This document shows positions 1-12,398 of a stretch of DNA of 64,000 bases, in pieces (position 1 is the first letter of the stretch; every line of letters starts with the position of its first letter). The position numbers and the translations under genes are program-made. The notes beneath the pieces were generated by a model. It worked only from the letters and a program-made list of their open reading frames with translations, was not told the origin of the DNA and ran no database searches. The DNA is taken from positions 2,406,476 through 2,470,475 of the forward strand of contig MU063893.1 of the NCBI GenBank assembly GCA_013265495.1, in the 5' to 3' direction. Source of the DNA: Vicugna vicugna. Its lineage: Eukaryota.

Positions 1-1507
1 GTGGACTGGTAAGTCTCCTTTGGTTTTTCCTCTTAGGTGTGAAGGGACTTATTTAAAACATCATAGTCTACTTGAAGGAATAACTTTTACACACTCTGCT
101 GTCAACCTTTGGCATAGTCACTAATGAAGAGGAATGTTGGCATGACTAATCCATGTAATTCACACGTGGCTCCTGAGTGTGGTTTGTAATTACCCTTGAA
201 CGTGGATTTAAGTGTGAGATCCTGGGGATTCATTTAAACCCATAATGCAGCCATACAGTGGAAACCTTGGTCAGGAGAATTGGGAGGAGAACACACTTTC
301 CCCTTCTGCCCTGGCTCAGTTCTCCCTGTGGCCACTTTAAAAGTAGATGTATTGCTTAGAATAACACAAATCAACCATTGACCTGTTGTCCTTTCTCTGC
401 ATATTTGAGTATTCATTGAAATGTTCTTATTTTAAGTGCTCCTTATTGGACTGCAGGCAGAACAGGGGAAGGTCAGAGACTACAGCAAACATTCCATCTT
501 TCTGACGATGAGTCAAGTAAATCTTAGAGCAGTGGGTATTTTTTTTGAAGTTCCAGCACTCCTGTGAAGTCTGGCTGCAGTGAGATTCTCCATATTTTTC
601 CTTACTCCTAAATTGAGATTTGGCTGATCTCTGCACGATGCTAAATACCCAGTTTGACTCATTAATTTTTCTGAACTAACTGAACTTTTGACCTAATTGG
701 CTGGCTGATTAGGGATTACAGCCATATGTCCAGGTTTTTCTAAGCTAGTTCTGACTTTAACTCTGTTATCCCTCTATTCCCGTAAACTGTTGAAATATCC
801 TAGTAACTCCAATGTTTTGACAGCCACACTGCACTTCTCAGCCTGCTGCTTTCTCCTGGAAAGTGGCACAGAAATGTGTCGGGCCATGTTTCCTGATTTT
901 GGGTTAGGAAAATATGTTCCCCATATGGTTTCAGGCCGTGAAAACAAAGACCTAAAGAAGTTGTAAGAGGTCTTATCTCCATGGTGTGTCCCCTCCATCC
1001 CTATTTTTTTCACTTTTCTCTATTAGGCCATGGTATGTGATGAAGGACAAATTAGGTGCTGGGGTCAGTTTGAACCAAGGAAAGCCACAAATGTGCAGAG
1101 GGAACTTACTTTTGCCATTGTTACTGTTTTGGCCTTGCCTCTGAGGCAATTCTTCGTGGTAGATTTAAAGGCAGAAGAGCTGAACTGGGGAGAGGTGTAG
1201 TTTTAAAAACAATTTGTTGATGGAAACTGTAGACTGTGAAGGAGGATTTGAACTACATCCTCTCTAAGGGGACGTCCAACCAAGAGATTTTCGGATGCTT
1301 TGATCTCTGTTACTCACTCAGGAAGAATTTACTGAGTTCTAGCCACTCAACCCACTCACCTCTAGGGCTCCCCCTCTTCCAGTCCCTAGATGTTGTCCGT
1401 GGAAACTGCTTCTACCCTTACCTCCAGAGAACTCAAGAATTCTAACTCCTAGTAGGCTACGATGCAAACCTGTGTCTTGGTTTTTAAAATGTGCTTTTTC
1501 CCCTCAG

Positions 1508-1601
1508 GTATTCCATGTCAGCGTTTTCAAGACTAGAGAAGTTGGGCATCAGACATCCCAAGCCTTCTCCTTTTATTGGAAACTTGCCATTTCTCCACCA
1601 G
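1508..1601 (+). CDS. TBXAS1: TBXAS1 exon 2 (94 bp)
   Basis: ttttccctcag|GTATTCC...CACCAG|gtaagg. Translates (W)[31 protein letters not shown], including the P450 proline-rich hinge PKPSPFIGN. Confidence 0.97.
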
Positions 1602-1751
1602 GTAAGGGCTGTCCTCCACTGTCTTCGGCATCAGGTGTGCTGAGCCCCGTGTGGCTTTATCCACGAAGCACAGTCGCCTTCTCTGTGGCTGCACCTGGGG
1701 AGGTCTCTGTGTGAAGGTGCTATGATGAACCTTTCCCTACTTGTGTGAATT

Positions 1752-1907
1752 TTTTATATTATTATTAAAGTATGGTTGGTTTACAATGTGGTGTTAATTT
1801 CTGGTTTACAGAATAGTGATTCAGTTACACATCTACATATATATTCATTTTCATACTCTTTTTCATTATAGGCCATTATAAGATATTGAATATAGTTCCC
1901 TGTGCTA
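1752..1907 (-). mobile_element. 5'-truncated L1 3' end (artiodactyl-type) with TSD
   Basis: Antisense L1 3'UTR (...cattataggccattataagatattgaatatagttccctgtgcta) with a T-rich tail on the left. Flanking repeats tacttgtgtgaatt (1738-1751) and tacttgcatgaatt (1908-1921). Confidence 0.8.
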
Positions 1908-1944
1908 TACTTGCATGAATTCTTATGTGATGAGAATGATCCCT

Positions 1945-2420
1945 CACTGATCACTCATTAATACGTATTGAGTCCTGTCATCCAGTCATTCAACCAAAAA
2001 CCAATTTATTGCGGGTCTAAGTGTGCCAGGCCCTGGAATATGGAAGAAGTAAAAGCCATCCATACCCTAGTGCTAGAGTGGATGGTATAGACGCTAGCTG
2101 GGGTTGCCCTTCAGAGGAGAGGGAGATCCGTCAGGGCTAGAGTCATCCTGGAGGACTTCCTGGAGAAGGGGATCCTGCAGGAGTGGTAGACACAAAGACA
2201 AGGACACACACACCAGGTGGGGGGCAATGATATGTGTGATTACATTGCTTGAGGAGCACTCTGGACCAGAAAGTGGAGATTGGGTAGCTCCAGGGAATGC
2301 TGCTGTGAGACAGAGAAACAGAGAGGCAGGCCAGATCACAGACAGTCTGGAAAGGCAAGTGAAGAACTATTTGTGAGCAAGAGGGGAAGAGATAACTGTG
2401 AAAGAGAAGAACGGGAGGGG
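1945..2420 (-). mobile_element. L2 fragment
   Basis: cattcaacc...tttattg...tgtgccaggccctgg...cttcctggagaagg, resembling antisense L2; boundaries approximate. Confidence 0.6.
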
Positions 2421-4337
2421 CAAAATTAGTAACTCTTGTGGCTAATTCGGTGTGAAGAATTCAAGGCAAAATGAGTCAAACATGTCTTTAAGTGTTCAGC
2501 CAGCGTAACAGGGAGAATGGCTGCAAGCTGGCAGAAATAAAAGGTTGGGCGGTCAGCTGGTTTAGGGAGGTGCCTTTGATTTGCCAGAGTGACAAGAAAG
2601 TAGAAATGTCCCATGGGCTCTTGGAGATCTAGGCCCAGGACTCTATCTTCTAAGGTTTTTTTTCCTTTGCTTCTCACGCTGGGTTTTCTCAGAAGTCAGG
2701 TGATTTATTCTGCTGACTCATGGGGTGCTGCCACCAGACCCACCATCAGGAGCCTGCAGACCCCGCATGCGAAGAGCCACAAAGCCAAACAAAGGCAGGA
2801 AGGACTAAACTTGGGCCAGTCCTGATAATATCCCTTTAAGCTCTTTTTAGGATTTCCCCACCCCTGCCCCCGGAAAGTCTGGCCCTCGGCATTAGATGGA
2901 AAATCATATCGGCTATTTTTGTCCTTTTTCCTTCTCATCTCAGTTTCTGTTCTTTTCTTTTCTGGCCCTTGCTCTGTCCAACACCCTTTCCCACCCTTTA
3001 TTGTTGTTTCTCTCACTCCGCTGTTTATTTTTAAACAACACCTTCTTCTCTCATCTCTAGTTCAGGGGTGCCCAGGCCACAACTCTCAGCCTATAAACTG
3101 CATCTCATCAAGGCTTCCCACTAGCTCCTTGAAGCCAGTGCGAAGACGTTTCTCATGTCAAAACAGAACAACAAACTAGATAGGAAATTAAAGTGAATAA
3201 ATTTCACATTTTTCTTGGGGGAAATGATCAGTTGCACGCGGTTGAGTAATTAAGTTAGTATTAACACGTTGAGGAAAACTGTATCACTGCCAATGTGACG
3301 AAAACATGGTGCTCCTCTGGATAATTTCCACAGGTGCTCCTTTTCTGCTCACCAACCTCATGTGTGCAAACCCGCTAAGTTCTTACTAGAACATAGTCAT
3401 TTCATTGACTGTTTTTATATTCATATAAGCTTTCATTGATATACGGCAAACTTAGATGGTGACGCCAGATTTGATGACCTGGGATATATTCCCATCGAGA
3501 ACGTCCAGCTCTTCTACCCCCAACCCTCCACTCTCACCCACCCCTTATATCCCTGCCCATATACTCCGTTCCCATAGCACAAGTCTCGCATTTTCCTCTC
3601 CTCCACCTCCATCCCAACCCTGTGCATTCTCATGTATGTTTCTCTCCCACAATACAATGGACCCAGCCATTGCCAACCCTTCACCCGGGCAACCCCCTGT
3701 GTATATCTGCACACACGCCATCCCCTCTACACAACTCCATCCCTACAATGCAACGGATCTAGCACTTCTTGACCCTCTACCCCGACTCGGACTCCACCAG
3801 GAATACTCCTTTCCCACTGCAATGCGCATCTAATATATAAAGTCACTCTAAGGTTCTTACGTTTTGAATATGTTGATTTTAGTTAAAATTTAACTTGGAT
3901 CATAACTCAGAATTTGTGATAATTTGGGTGCACTCAGCAGACATATACACATTTACATTTACAGTGGCTGTGAAAAGAGGCTTTGCCAAAAATAATAATA
4001 ATATAAACCAAACTGCAGAGGGGAATGTTAACTTAGTCAAGAAAGCAAACAGTTTCCAAATATTTTAGCAGCAATTACACACAAATAGTATAAGTACAGA
4101 TGAGCTCTTCTGTCCCTTAAAGCAGAGCTGACTGAGACATTTTTCTTAGCAATATTTTTCCCCCAAGCTACTAGTTTATTCTAATAGTCCAAAGTGTATG
4201 AAAGCACTATAACTTCAATTATTTTTTATTGTTTATGTGATTGTGTTCTCACCACTCCAGTATTTTTTTCTGAATTTGTCTGACTATTTGAAATTTTGTT
4301 TCATCTGATTCTTACCATAGTGCTGTGTTTTCTGCAG

Positions 4338-4390
4338 GGTTTCTGGGAAAGCCACATGGAGCTCAGAAAGCAGTATGGACCTCTGAGTGG
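4338..4390 (+). CDS. TBXAS1: TBXAS1 exon 3 (53 bp)
   Basis: ttttctgcag|GGTTTC...AGTGG|gtgagc. Translates [17 protein letters not shown](G). Confidence 0.97.
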
Positions 4391-4812
4391 GTGAGCGGGA
4401 AGCTCCATTCTCCTTTCATGTATTTTGCTTGTGTGTGCTGAATTGATGCGGAAGTAATGACAAGAATGAGAATGTCGCAGGTCTTTATGACTTTTGAGGA
4501 GCCACAAAGAGAGTGCCTGGCAGTACAGGCGAGGCTCCCAGAGCAAACCCCAGGGCTGCCCAAGGGTGCACAGCGTTAGCCTGAAGAGCACCACTTCCCA
4601 GCCTTTTAGACCCTGACCACCTGGGTCAGGCCCTGGGTACCTTGACCACCTCTCACCACAGTGCCAAAGGTGTGCTGCAATGGATGCAGCGGCCCCCCCA
4701 TGCCCCAGTCCAATCTGCCTTGACAACCCATGCCAGGGCTTTCCCCGTGAACGTGTCTAAACCTTATTCGGATCTGTTTTGCTCAACCCTATGAGTAAAA
4801 TATGCTGTCCTC

Positions 4813-4946
4813 TGTGTGGCCATATAATCTACCACGAATCCAGTACACGTCTGAAAGTTAGAGGGGGTGCTGTGAACAATTACCCCAGGACAACGGCAGT
4901 AACTAAGACTGACCAGGATGTCCTGGGACATACAGTACCCAGCAGT

Positions 4947-4985
<39 letters not shown>

Positions 4986-4992
4986 ACCCTAA
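4813..4992. mobile_element. MER94-like hAT-Blackjack MITE with embedded (CA)n
   Basis: gtggccatataat...gagggggtgct...aattaccccaggacaac...gggacata...gttacccta resembles the recalled MER94 consensus. Confidence 0.55.
4949..4982. repeat. (CA)17 microsatellite
   Basis: Perfect dinucleotide run, read directly. Confidence 0.95.
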
Positions 4993-5557
4993 TTCTCAGC
5001 CAAGTGAAAAACTATATGCCTTCCCCATATTTTCCCTTTTTTATGCTTCGGAGTGTGTTCCTTTAAAAAAAAATCCAGAATCTAACATCCTAGAATTCCA
5101 GAAATTCCAGGATCTGACACACAGACCCATGAGCAGACCATGTACCCTAGTCAAGATGTAACAGATTTGGATCCTCTTGATTCTCAGGATGTGTCTTGCC
5201 ACACTAGAGTGCTAGTCATTTCAGCCTGTTCTCACACAGCTTCGCCTCAGCCACTGGGTGACTGTTAGTAGCTCTTTCCTAGACTTCCAAGTCCATGATA
5301 ACATTTTTTAGGTGCAGTGAAGTTCTGTGGTGTTCCTACTGTACAGCCTAATGAGGTCCAGTGGTTCGTGAGCCCTTCTACCCATAAGATATGGGATGCT
5401 TGCTTTCCCAGTGATGATTATCAAAAGGCATTGACTTGTACCCTTTGTGGAAATGCTGGGAGACCCACAGTTTTGGCAAAGATCTTCTAACCACTCTTTT
5501 AGTTTGCTATGTAACCCTGCAAAGGTAGTGCATTAAGATTTTCTACTAAATGCTCTC

Positions 5558-5945
5558 TAATTAGTTATCCAGCAATAGCAAACTACTGTAGTGACTTAAA
5601 CAAGAAGTTACTGTGTGTCATGTGCCTAAGGATTGGCTGGAACTGACTGATCTAAGCTAGCCCGGCTGGGAACATGGTGTGTGTGCAGGTTCAGCGGGGC
5701 AGGTGGCTCATCTTGGCCAGCTCAGTGGGCGCAGCTCTGTTCCTCCTCGGAATGGCAGGCAGGCCAGGGCAGGCTCTTCTCATGGTGAAGGCAAAGGATC
5801 AAGAGAGCAAGCCCAATTGTACAAGAACATTCTAAGTTTCTGCTACAGCATGTCTGCTAACGTCCTATTGGCCAAACCAAGTTATATGGCTGAACTCAAA
5901 GTCAGGGCAGAGAGCACACTCTGCATGCAGTGAGGCCAAAGCAAG
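5558..5945 (-). mobile_element. MLT1-type MaLR LTR fragment
   Basis: attagttatc...gacttaaac...cattggccaaaccaagttatatggctgaactcaaagtcaggg is typical of old MLT1 LTRs. Confidence 0.65.
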
Positions 5946-6099
5946 TTACTTGGCCAAGCTCAACACTGGTGGAGCAGGGAGCTGAGCTGGAATTACTCTG
6001 AAAGAAGAGTGGAGAAATGGTGTGTATCTTTCAATAAGAGGCAACTCCATCTCACTCTCTAAGATCACTTTTAGCTGGATCTCATCCTCACTTCTCCTT

Positions 6100-6131
6100 T
6101 GTGTGTGTGTGTGTGTGTGCGCGCGCGCGTA
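6100..6131. repeat. (GT)9(GC)5 alternating purine-pyrimidine tract
   Basis: Read directly. Confidence 0.95.
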
Positions 6132-6774
6132 GCTTCTTGCTTGAAGCATAATAGGTACTCAAGAACTTATCTTTCCAACAGTCTCATTTTGCACTTGACT
6201 TGACATTGACCTTGGAGACTGTTCCATGCATTTCTGAGACAGCACTGACTCAGATTGCTGGTGGTTAGAAAAAGGCCTCCCTGAGTTGAATTCTAGGAAT
6301 CAGTTCCCTGGAATACGTCTGTACAGATATTCAGAGTAGAGCCCTTGGGTATTTCAAAATAACTCTAAATTATCAGATGAAGAGTTTAAAGGGCACTGTA
6401 TTAACTGGTGGGTGGTGTGGTATGCTTGTGCGTGCACATGTGTTGGTGGTGGGGAGGTGGAGAGAGAGAGAAAAACAATTGATTTCCTTGACAACAGGAT
6501 GTCCAATTAAATTTTCTCCCCAATTTTAACTATGTTAACACAATTTATCCTTTCCATTTCAAGAAAACTTAATCATAGAGAATGATTTCAAATGAGGTTA
6601 TAGAGATAGAAATTGCAGTATCATCTCCACTCTTTGTTCTCATCTTTCTGGTAAACAGGGGAAAAAAGTAAGGTGATAGCATAATTTCTTCAAACAAATC
6701 TACCGGCTTTTTTCTGCTTTAGGAAAATGATGAGCTGTAATATGCTGACTTCTTTTTAACTGTGTCCACGCCTG

Positions 6775-6910
6775 GATTTAGAGGCAATGTGGTGATGGAT
6801 TAATGTCCTGTTTGAGCTCTGGAAACTGGGTGAGACTCAGTATGCTCACCTTTTCAGATGAAAGGGTTAAACTAGTCTATATAGAGGGTCCTTTCCAGCC
6901 CTAAAAATTA
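6775..6910 (+). mobile_element. MIR-family SINE fragment
   Basis: gaggcaatgtggtg...cagatgaaagggttaaactag...ggtcctttccagccctaaaa, resembling MIR3/MIRc. Confidence 0.55.
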
Positions 6911-7614
6911 TTTTGTTACTGCTTAAATTTTTTTAAAAATGGTTTCACTGATTGAGAATGGCAAAGGTAGACTATGTTCAATGAAAGACCCTTCTTTGAA
7001 GAAATGATTTGTTTTAAATTGTCTTAACTTTTAGACTCCTTCTGTCATTAGGAAATATTATCGATCCCAGATAGGTTCTCTTAAAATTGAAATAATAGAC
7101 TGATCCACTATTAAACAAGTTAAGCCCCACACTGTTGATGCCATTCAGAGATGCACGTGTCCTTAGATGACAGGGCAGTACTGTATGATGGGAGAAACGT
7201 GAGCAGAGAGGATCTTCTCTCTACTTTGTACCTAAAAGCCAAATACGATGGTCATTTATGCGTATTATCTGTTGTCATCACAGCAACTCAGTCAGAGTGT
7301 GGGTCCCCAAACTGGAAATTGGCTTCTTACCCTTTTCCCTTTCTTGCTATGAGGCAGCTATTGCTGCAGAAGCCTTCTGCCAAGAGGGGTTGACAGTATC
7401 GATGTTTATTACCACCACCACCACCATTGAGAAGAAAATGTCTTCCCAAGTGTCTAATTACATAGCCGTCTCTGCTAGGCCACGTGCAGATGAAACTAGG
7501 CACTTTGAACCCGGCTTCTTTGAACTTGAATGTAAAGAAGGTGGGCTGGTATGAACACCTATACAACTTTTATTCCCAATACTTGACTAGAACTCTTTTG
7601 ATTGCGTATTAGTA

Positions 7615-8436
7615 TAGTAGCCCCCCTTATCTTTGAGCGATATGTCCCAAGACCCACAGTGAATGCCTGAAACCACAGAATGTACTGAACCCTATAGAAA
7701 TCATGGTTTTTCCTATACATATATAGCAATGAGAAAGTTTAATTTATAAATTAGGCAAGGAAGAGATTAACAACAACAATAAAATAAACAATTGTAAAAA
7801 TATACTGTAATAAAATTTCTATGAATGTGGTCTCTAGCTCTCAAAATATCTTACTGTACAAATTCAATGCCTTTTCCATCTCAGCTAAGCACTCATCATG
7901 CACTGTGGCTATAACTTTTATAGTTTGAGGTGGGACAGNNNNNNNNNNNNNNNNNNNNNNNNNNNNNNNNNNNNNNNNNNNNNNNNNNNNNNNNNNNNNN
8001 NNNNNNNNNNNNNNNNNNNNNNNNNNNNNNNNNNNNNNNNNNNNNNNNNNNNNNNNNNNNNNNNNNNNNNNNNNNNNNAGATACTTTATAGCTGCATTGC
8101 CAGCATCATGACTCTTGCACTTTGAGGCCATTATTAAGTAAAATAAGAACTACTCGAACCCAAACACTGAGATACTGTGACACGCAATCTGAAAACTGAT
8201 TTGGCTACTAAGTGACCAACGGTGAGCGGGATAATCTGGAGAAAGGGATGATTCATGTCCGGGGCAGGATGGANNNNNNNNNNNNNNNNNNNNNNNNNNN
8301 NNNNNNNNNNNNNNNNNNNNNNNNNNNNNNNNNNNNNNNNNNNNNNNNNNNNNNNNNNNNNNNNNNNNNNNNNNNNNNNNNNNNNNNNNNNNNNNNNNNN
8401 NNNNNNNNNNNNNNTGCAGGAAAATGGGGGCTAATG
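7615..8436. mobile_element. Tigger7/MER44-type TcMar DNA transposon with both TIRs, interrupted by two N gaps
   Basis: Left TIR tagtagccccccttatc and right TIR gaaaatgggggctaatg, with TA on both sides (7613-14, 8437-38). Internal sequence (ctttgaggccattattaagtaaaataag; aaagggatgattcatgtcc) matches recalled MER44. Confidence 0.8.
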
Positions 8437-9049
8437 TACCCTTGGCAACATAAAATGAAGAAAGCAACGCTTTATTGTTTTAAATAACCTTCAGTTAATC
8501 ATTACTGGTTATCTCCTTCAGTCTGAGAATGAGCCCCAGGTTGGATTTATGTTCCTTCCCGAACCCTAAAATCACAGCATCAACATGATCATCATACCTT
8601 TGTGATTGACTATAAACAGGATAGAGATGACGGCCCCTCCAATTTGTAACTGACTTTGTAATCCAGTGGATGACAAGCATTTATTATACTATTGCTACTA
8701 ATTACTTATAAATACATACACAGCAGCCCAAGTTCGCCTTGTGTGCAACTGATGAAGCCCCCAAAGCTTCTCTTCCCCTTCTCTCATCTCTCTTGTAAGT
8801 GACAGCTCTGCAGCTATTCTTTTATTCAGCCTCATCCCCATTTCTTCTTGCTCCCCCATCACTTTTCGTCTTGATTTCTAGGATACTCTCAGCTCACTCT
8901 TGTTGAATTTAACTCCCATGCTTCTGGGCATCCAGCACCTATGCCCTCCCCCCATTTGATTCCTGTATCCCTTCAACAAGCCAGATTTGTTGAATGACCT
9001 TCTGTGCTCTCATTAGAACATTAGGGTGTAAGTAGGAAAACATACGCAC

Positions 9050-10220
9050 AGTACATAACTCATGAAGTACAAATAAGTACACAGAAAAAAGTGAAGCTGA
9101 CTCCACCTTGGACCCGTAGCCAGTCTTCCTCAGAAGACTGCTATCAATTTCTGAATACTCAGATAGGTAACAGACAACAGATGCAGTTCTTTACCTCGCT
9201 TTCAGTAATGATATTTGGGGAACTGTCCCATTTCAATACATTCATTATTCTTAAATGCTATTCTGTTTTTTAAAGATTCATTGCATGGTTGTATCCTAAT
9301 TTTACAAATAAGTTCTCAGTTGATGAACACCTTTTGCTTTTATAAACAATACCGCAGTGAATATTCTTGTATACACGTCATTGCTGTCGTGTGTAAGTAT
9401 GTCTGTCAGGTAAAGTCCTAGAAATTGAATTATTAGGTCAAAGATTACCTACATGTTTATTTTGACAAATAAAACTAAGTTGCCCTCTCTTGGGGTTACA
9501 TCAATTTACACTCTCACAAATAAGCAAATGAGCGCACCTGGTTCCTTCTCGTGTTCCCTCACACACTAAAAATGTGCGGTCGCAATTTTAAATCTTTACT
9601 ATTTGATGGTAGTTTTACCTTGCATTTCTCGAATTCTCTAGTTATGAGCAAAGCCGAGCATCTTTTCATAGGTATAAAATCTATTGCATTTTGTTTTCTG
9701 AAGAATCCTTTGCTACTTATTTGATTGGGTTATTGATCTTTCCCCAGTTTATTTGTAGGAACTATTTATTAAAGAAAATAGCTCTTTGTATTTAATATAT
9801 GCTTCAAATATTTTCTCCTTTTAATCATTTCTCTTTGGCTTTGTTTATTGTGTATTTGTTCCCATCAGAACACATTTGTTTTTGTGTTGTTGAAGTTAAT
9901 CTCTTTTAATGGTGTCTACGTTTTGTGTATCTTCCTCAGTAAGGCTTTCTCCACCAAGGATATATTTTTTTAAATTTCCACTTTTTCAAGTGTTTTTTAA
10001 TTTTATTTAAAAATTTAGGTATTTGATCCATCAGGAATTTGAGGGTAAGGATGGAAGTAGGAATACACCCTTATTGTTTCCAGATGGTGGTATTCCATCT
10101 GGAAATTCATCCTTTTCCAACTGATTTGAAATGTCACTTTTATCATTTATTTTTATATGTATTTCTAACTTCTCTGTTCCATTCCTCCATCTGATCACAT
10201 GCTGCTGCCACACTGAATAC
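9050..10220 (-). mobile_element. Ancient L1 (L1ME-like) 3' fragment
   Basis: T-rich antisense L1 3'UTR motifs (gatgaacac...aacaataccgcagtgaatattcttgt...attattaggtcaaag). Confidence 0.65.
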
Positions 10221-12253
10221 CCACGTTTGGTACATGTGGCACCTTCCTGTACCTAGCAGCAGTCCAGTGTTCTAAGAACATTTTTGTAAATATAGGAATC
10301 TGAGATAATCTAGCTCCCGGGGAACCTTGGATCCCTGAACTGAAAAAAAATCAATTTATCAAATAAATAAGACTTCAGTGACCTGGCACTTAGACCCACA
10401 GTTCACGCCCACAGAAGCTAGAGGTGTCTAAGATGTCTCCAACTTGGAGGTTTTTTACGACCGTTGTTTTAACATTCTATTAGCCAGCAGGCATGAACTA
10501 ACAGTACCTTGTCACCAGGCAGTGAGGAAGCTGAGAACTTTGGGATACATGTGGGAAAGCATGTGGCATCAGCCATGAAAACAACAGGGTCGTCCCAACA
10601 TTTTTGTTTAAGTTTAGATTCCATTGCGCCATCCATCAGGAGAGGGTGCGCTCCGGAAGAGACTAGGGTGAGGAAACGTCTCATGTAAGTGCGCTTCACC
10701 GTCTGCTCATGTCCTATTTACATGAGGTTGAAGAGCAGCGTTGAGATGGTTTACTTGAATGCAGGCAGATGGCTGTGTCATCCACGTGTGGGAGGTTTGC
10801 TGGCCCACTTCCCTCGATCAAGGACTCTGGGAATTAAAAGGCTCCTGAGGACTCAGCCTGTTACACCCCTGTGTCACGTGATCATGCTCGCTTTAGAGGA
10901 CACTGAGACATGTGAATCCCTTGCACTTGAAAATAAGGGAGAGGGTGGGTTGGGGCGGAAACTCTTGCCAATTTGTTCGAGAAAATCCAGGTATTCAGAC
11001 TCACACTGGGCAGCTGATATGGGGAGATTGCTCTCATTTTTAAACTGGACTGAGTGCAACAGAATCATAATAGATGGTGAAGAATGGCAGAATTCTTAGG
11101 TAGAAATGAGCCACAGCTGCAGAAGAGCCTAACAGACAATGCCCGGGAGTCAAACTGTCTAAGTTTCTGCTGCTGCTATGAAATGCATTCTGCAGAATGA
11201 GACTCACTTACTAAGTGAGCTAAAAATGCGATTCAATTTTAAGAGGAGTTGATGAAAATGAAAACACACTCTGATCATTGAGAAAACATAGTATCCTTGA
11301 AATTATGAAGTTAAGTACAGAAATCCACGAGGCCAGACTAGGGGCAAAATTTGGTCCCCAAGCTTGGTAAAAGTTGAGTCTTTCATGAAAGTGTTGAAAG
11401 CAAAGCTGAGAATCACTAGTTTCAAGTGATTTGAGTCTGAAACCAAAACTAATGTAAGGCCTGATAGTATATATGCAATAATTATTGAGAACCATTCAAT
11501 GCATTAAATATCAACATTCTCGTGGGTCAAAACAGATCAATTCCTAACACTCAGCCTTTCAGGACACATTTTGTAAATGAGTGTTCATTGAAGTGTTACA
11601 GTATTATTTTATAAAAGCGAATACCCTGATGTAACGGGCTGATTTTTTTTTTTAGAAGGCCATTGAGAATGGGAAGAAAGTTGTCAGCAGGAACATATCT
11701 GACAGCTATCACCAATTCAAATGCCTAGCCCAACAGGCAGAATTATGGGAAGAACAACTGTGCTCAGATAAACAGGAGATTTCGACCAGAAAGAGACAGA
11801 CGAATTGTATTAGCGCCCCACTTTTCTTGAAGGATGCTTTAATAGTTTCCTCGGCATCCCACCCGTCTCTATCGTGGTCTCTTGTTTTCCCAAATGGTGA
11901 ATTACGACAAAGCTTCCATTCTTCCTTATGGTTTAAGACTTCCTTTCTTCCTAGTCTTCATCCAAAGACCCTTCTGAAGTTTCCCCATTTTCCTGGACTT
12001 CTGACCTCTTCTTTTACTTCTTAGTTCACACCACTTTTTTGCCCTCCATCTTCATTCTGCGACAAAGCTAGAGGTGACGCTTGCAGCAAATTTTAGTGAC
12101 TACTGCTGTCCAAGTGTTTGTGACCCACGCTCCTAAAGACCGAGAGCCTATGTGAATTCCTCTTGTCTGGGTAGAAACACATCAACTAGAACGTGCCAAC
12201 TTGCAATAGAAAATTGGGGATCAAATTTCAGCACCAACACCCTTTCTATTTAC

Positions 12254-12398
12254 TTTTTTTTCCCTCTTGTTTTATGAGGGGGAGGTAATTGGGTTTATTT
12301 ACTTATTTATATTTGGAGGAGGTACTGGGGGTCGATCCCAGGACCTCGTGCATGCTGAGCTTGCGCTCTACCACTTGAGCTGTACCCACCCTCCTCCA
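12254..12398 (-). mobile_element. Camelid tRNA-derived SINE (Vic-1-like) with 12-bp TSD
   Basis: Minus strand reads gggtacagctcaagtggtagagcgc...gaggtcctgggatcgacccccagtacctcc...aataaacccaattacctcccc (A/B boxes plus a camelid-type tail). TSD ctttctatttac (12242-12253) / ctttctacttac (12399-12410). Confidence 0.85.

Noticed and set aside
1036-1146. Another GTGATGA...CTGA pair
   Set aside because: No terminal stem, unlike the candidate at 54456-54581.
3490-3830. C-rich, G-poor stretch with a Pro/Ser-rich 125-aa ORF
   Set aside because: The ORF follows from compositional bias; no periodicity or homology seen.
12300-12398. tRNA-like A/B boxes on the minus strand
   Set aside because: It has a SINE tail and TSD and I see no complete cloverleaf, so it is a tRNA-derived SINE, not a tRNA gene.
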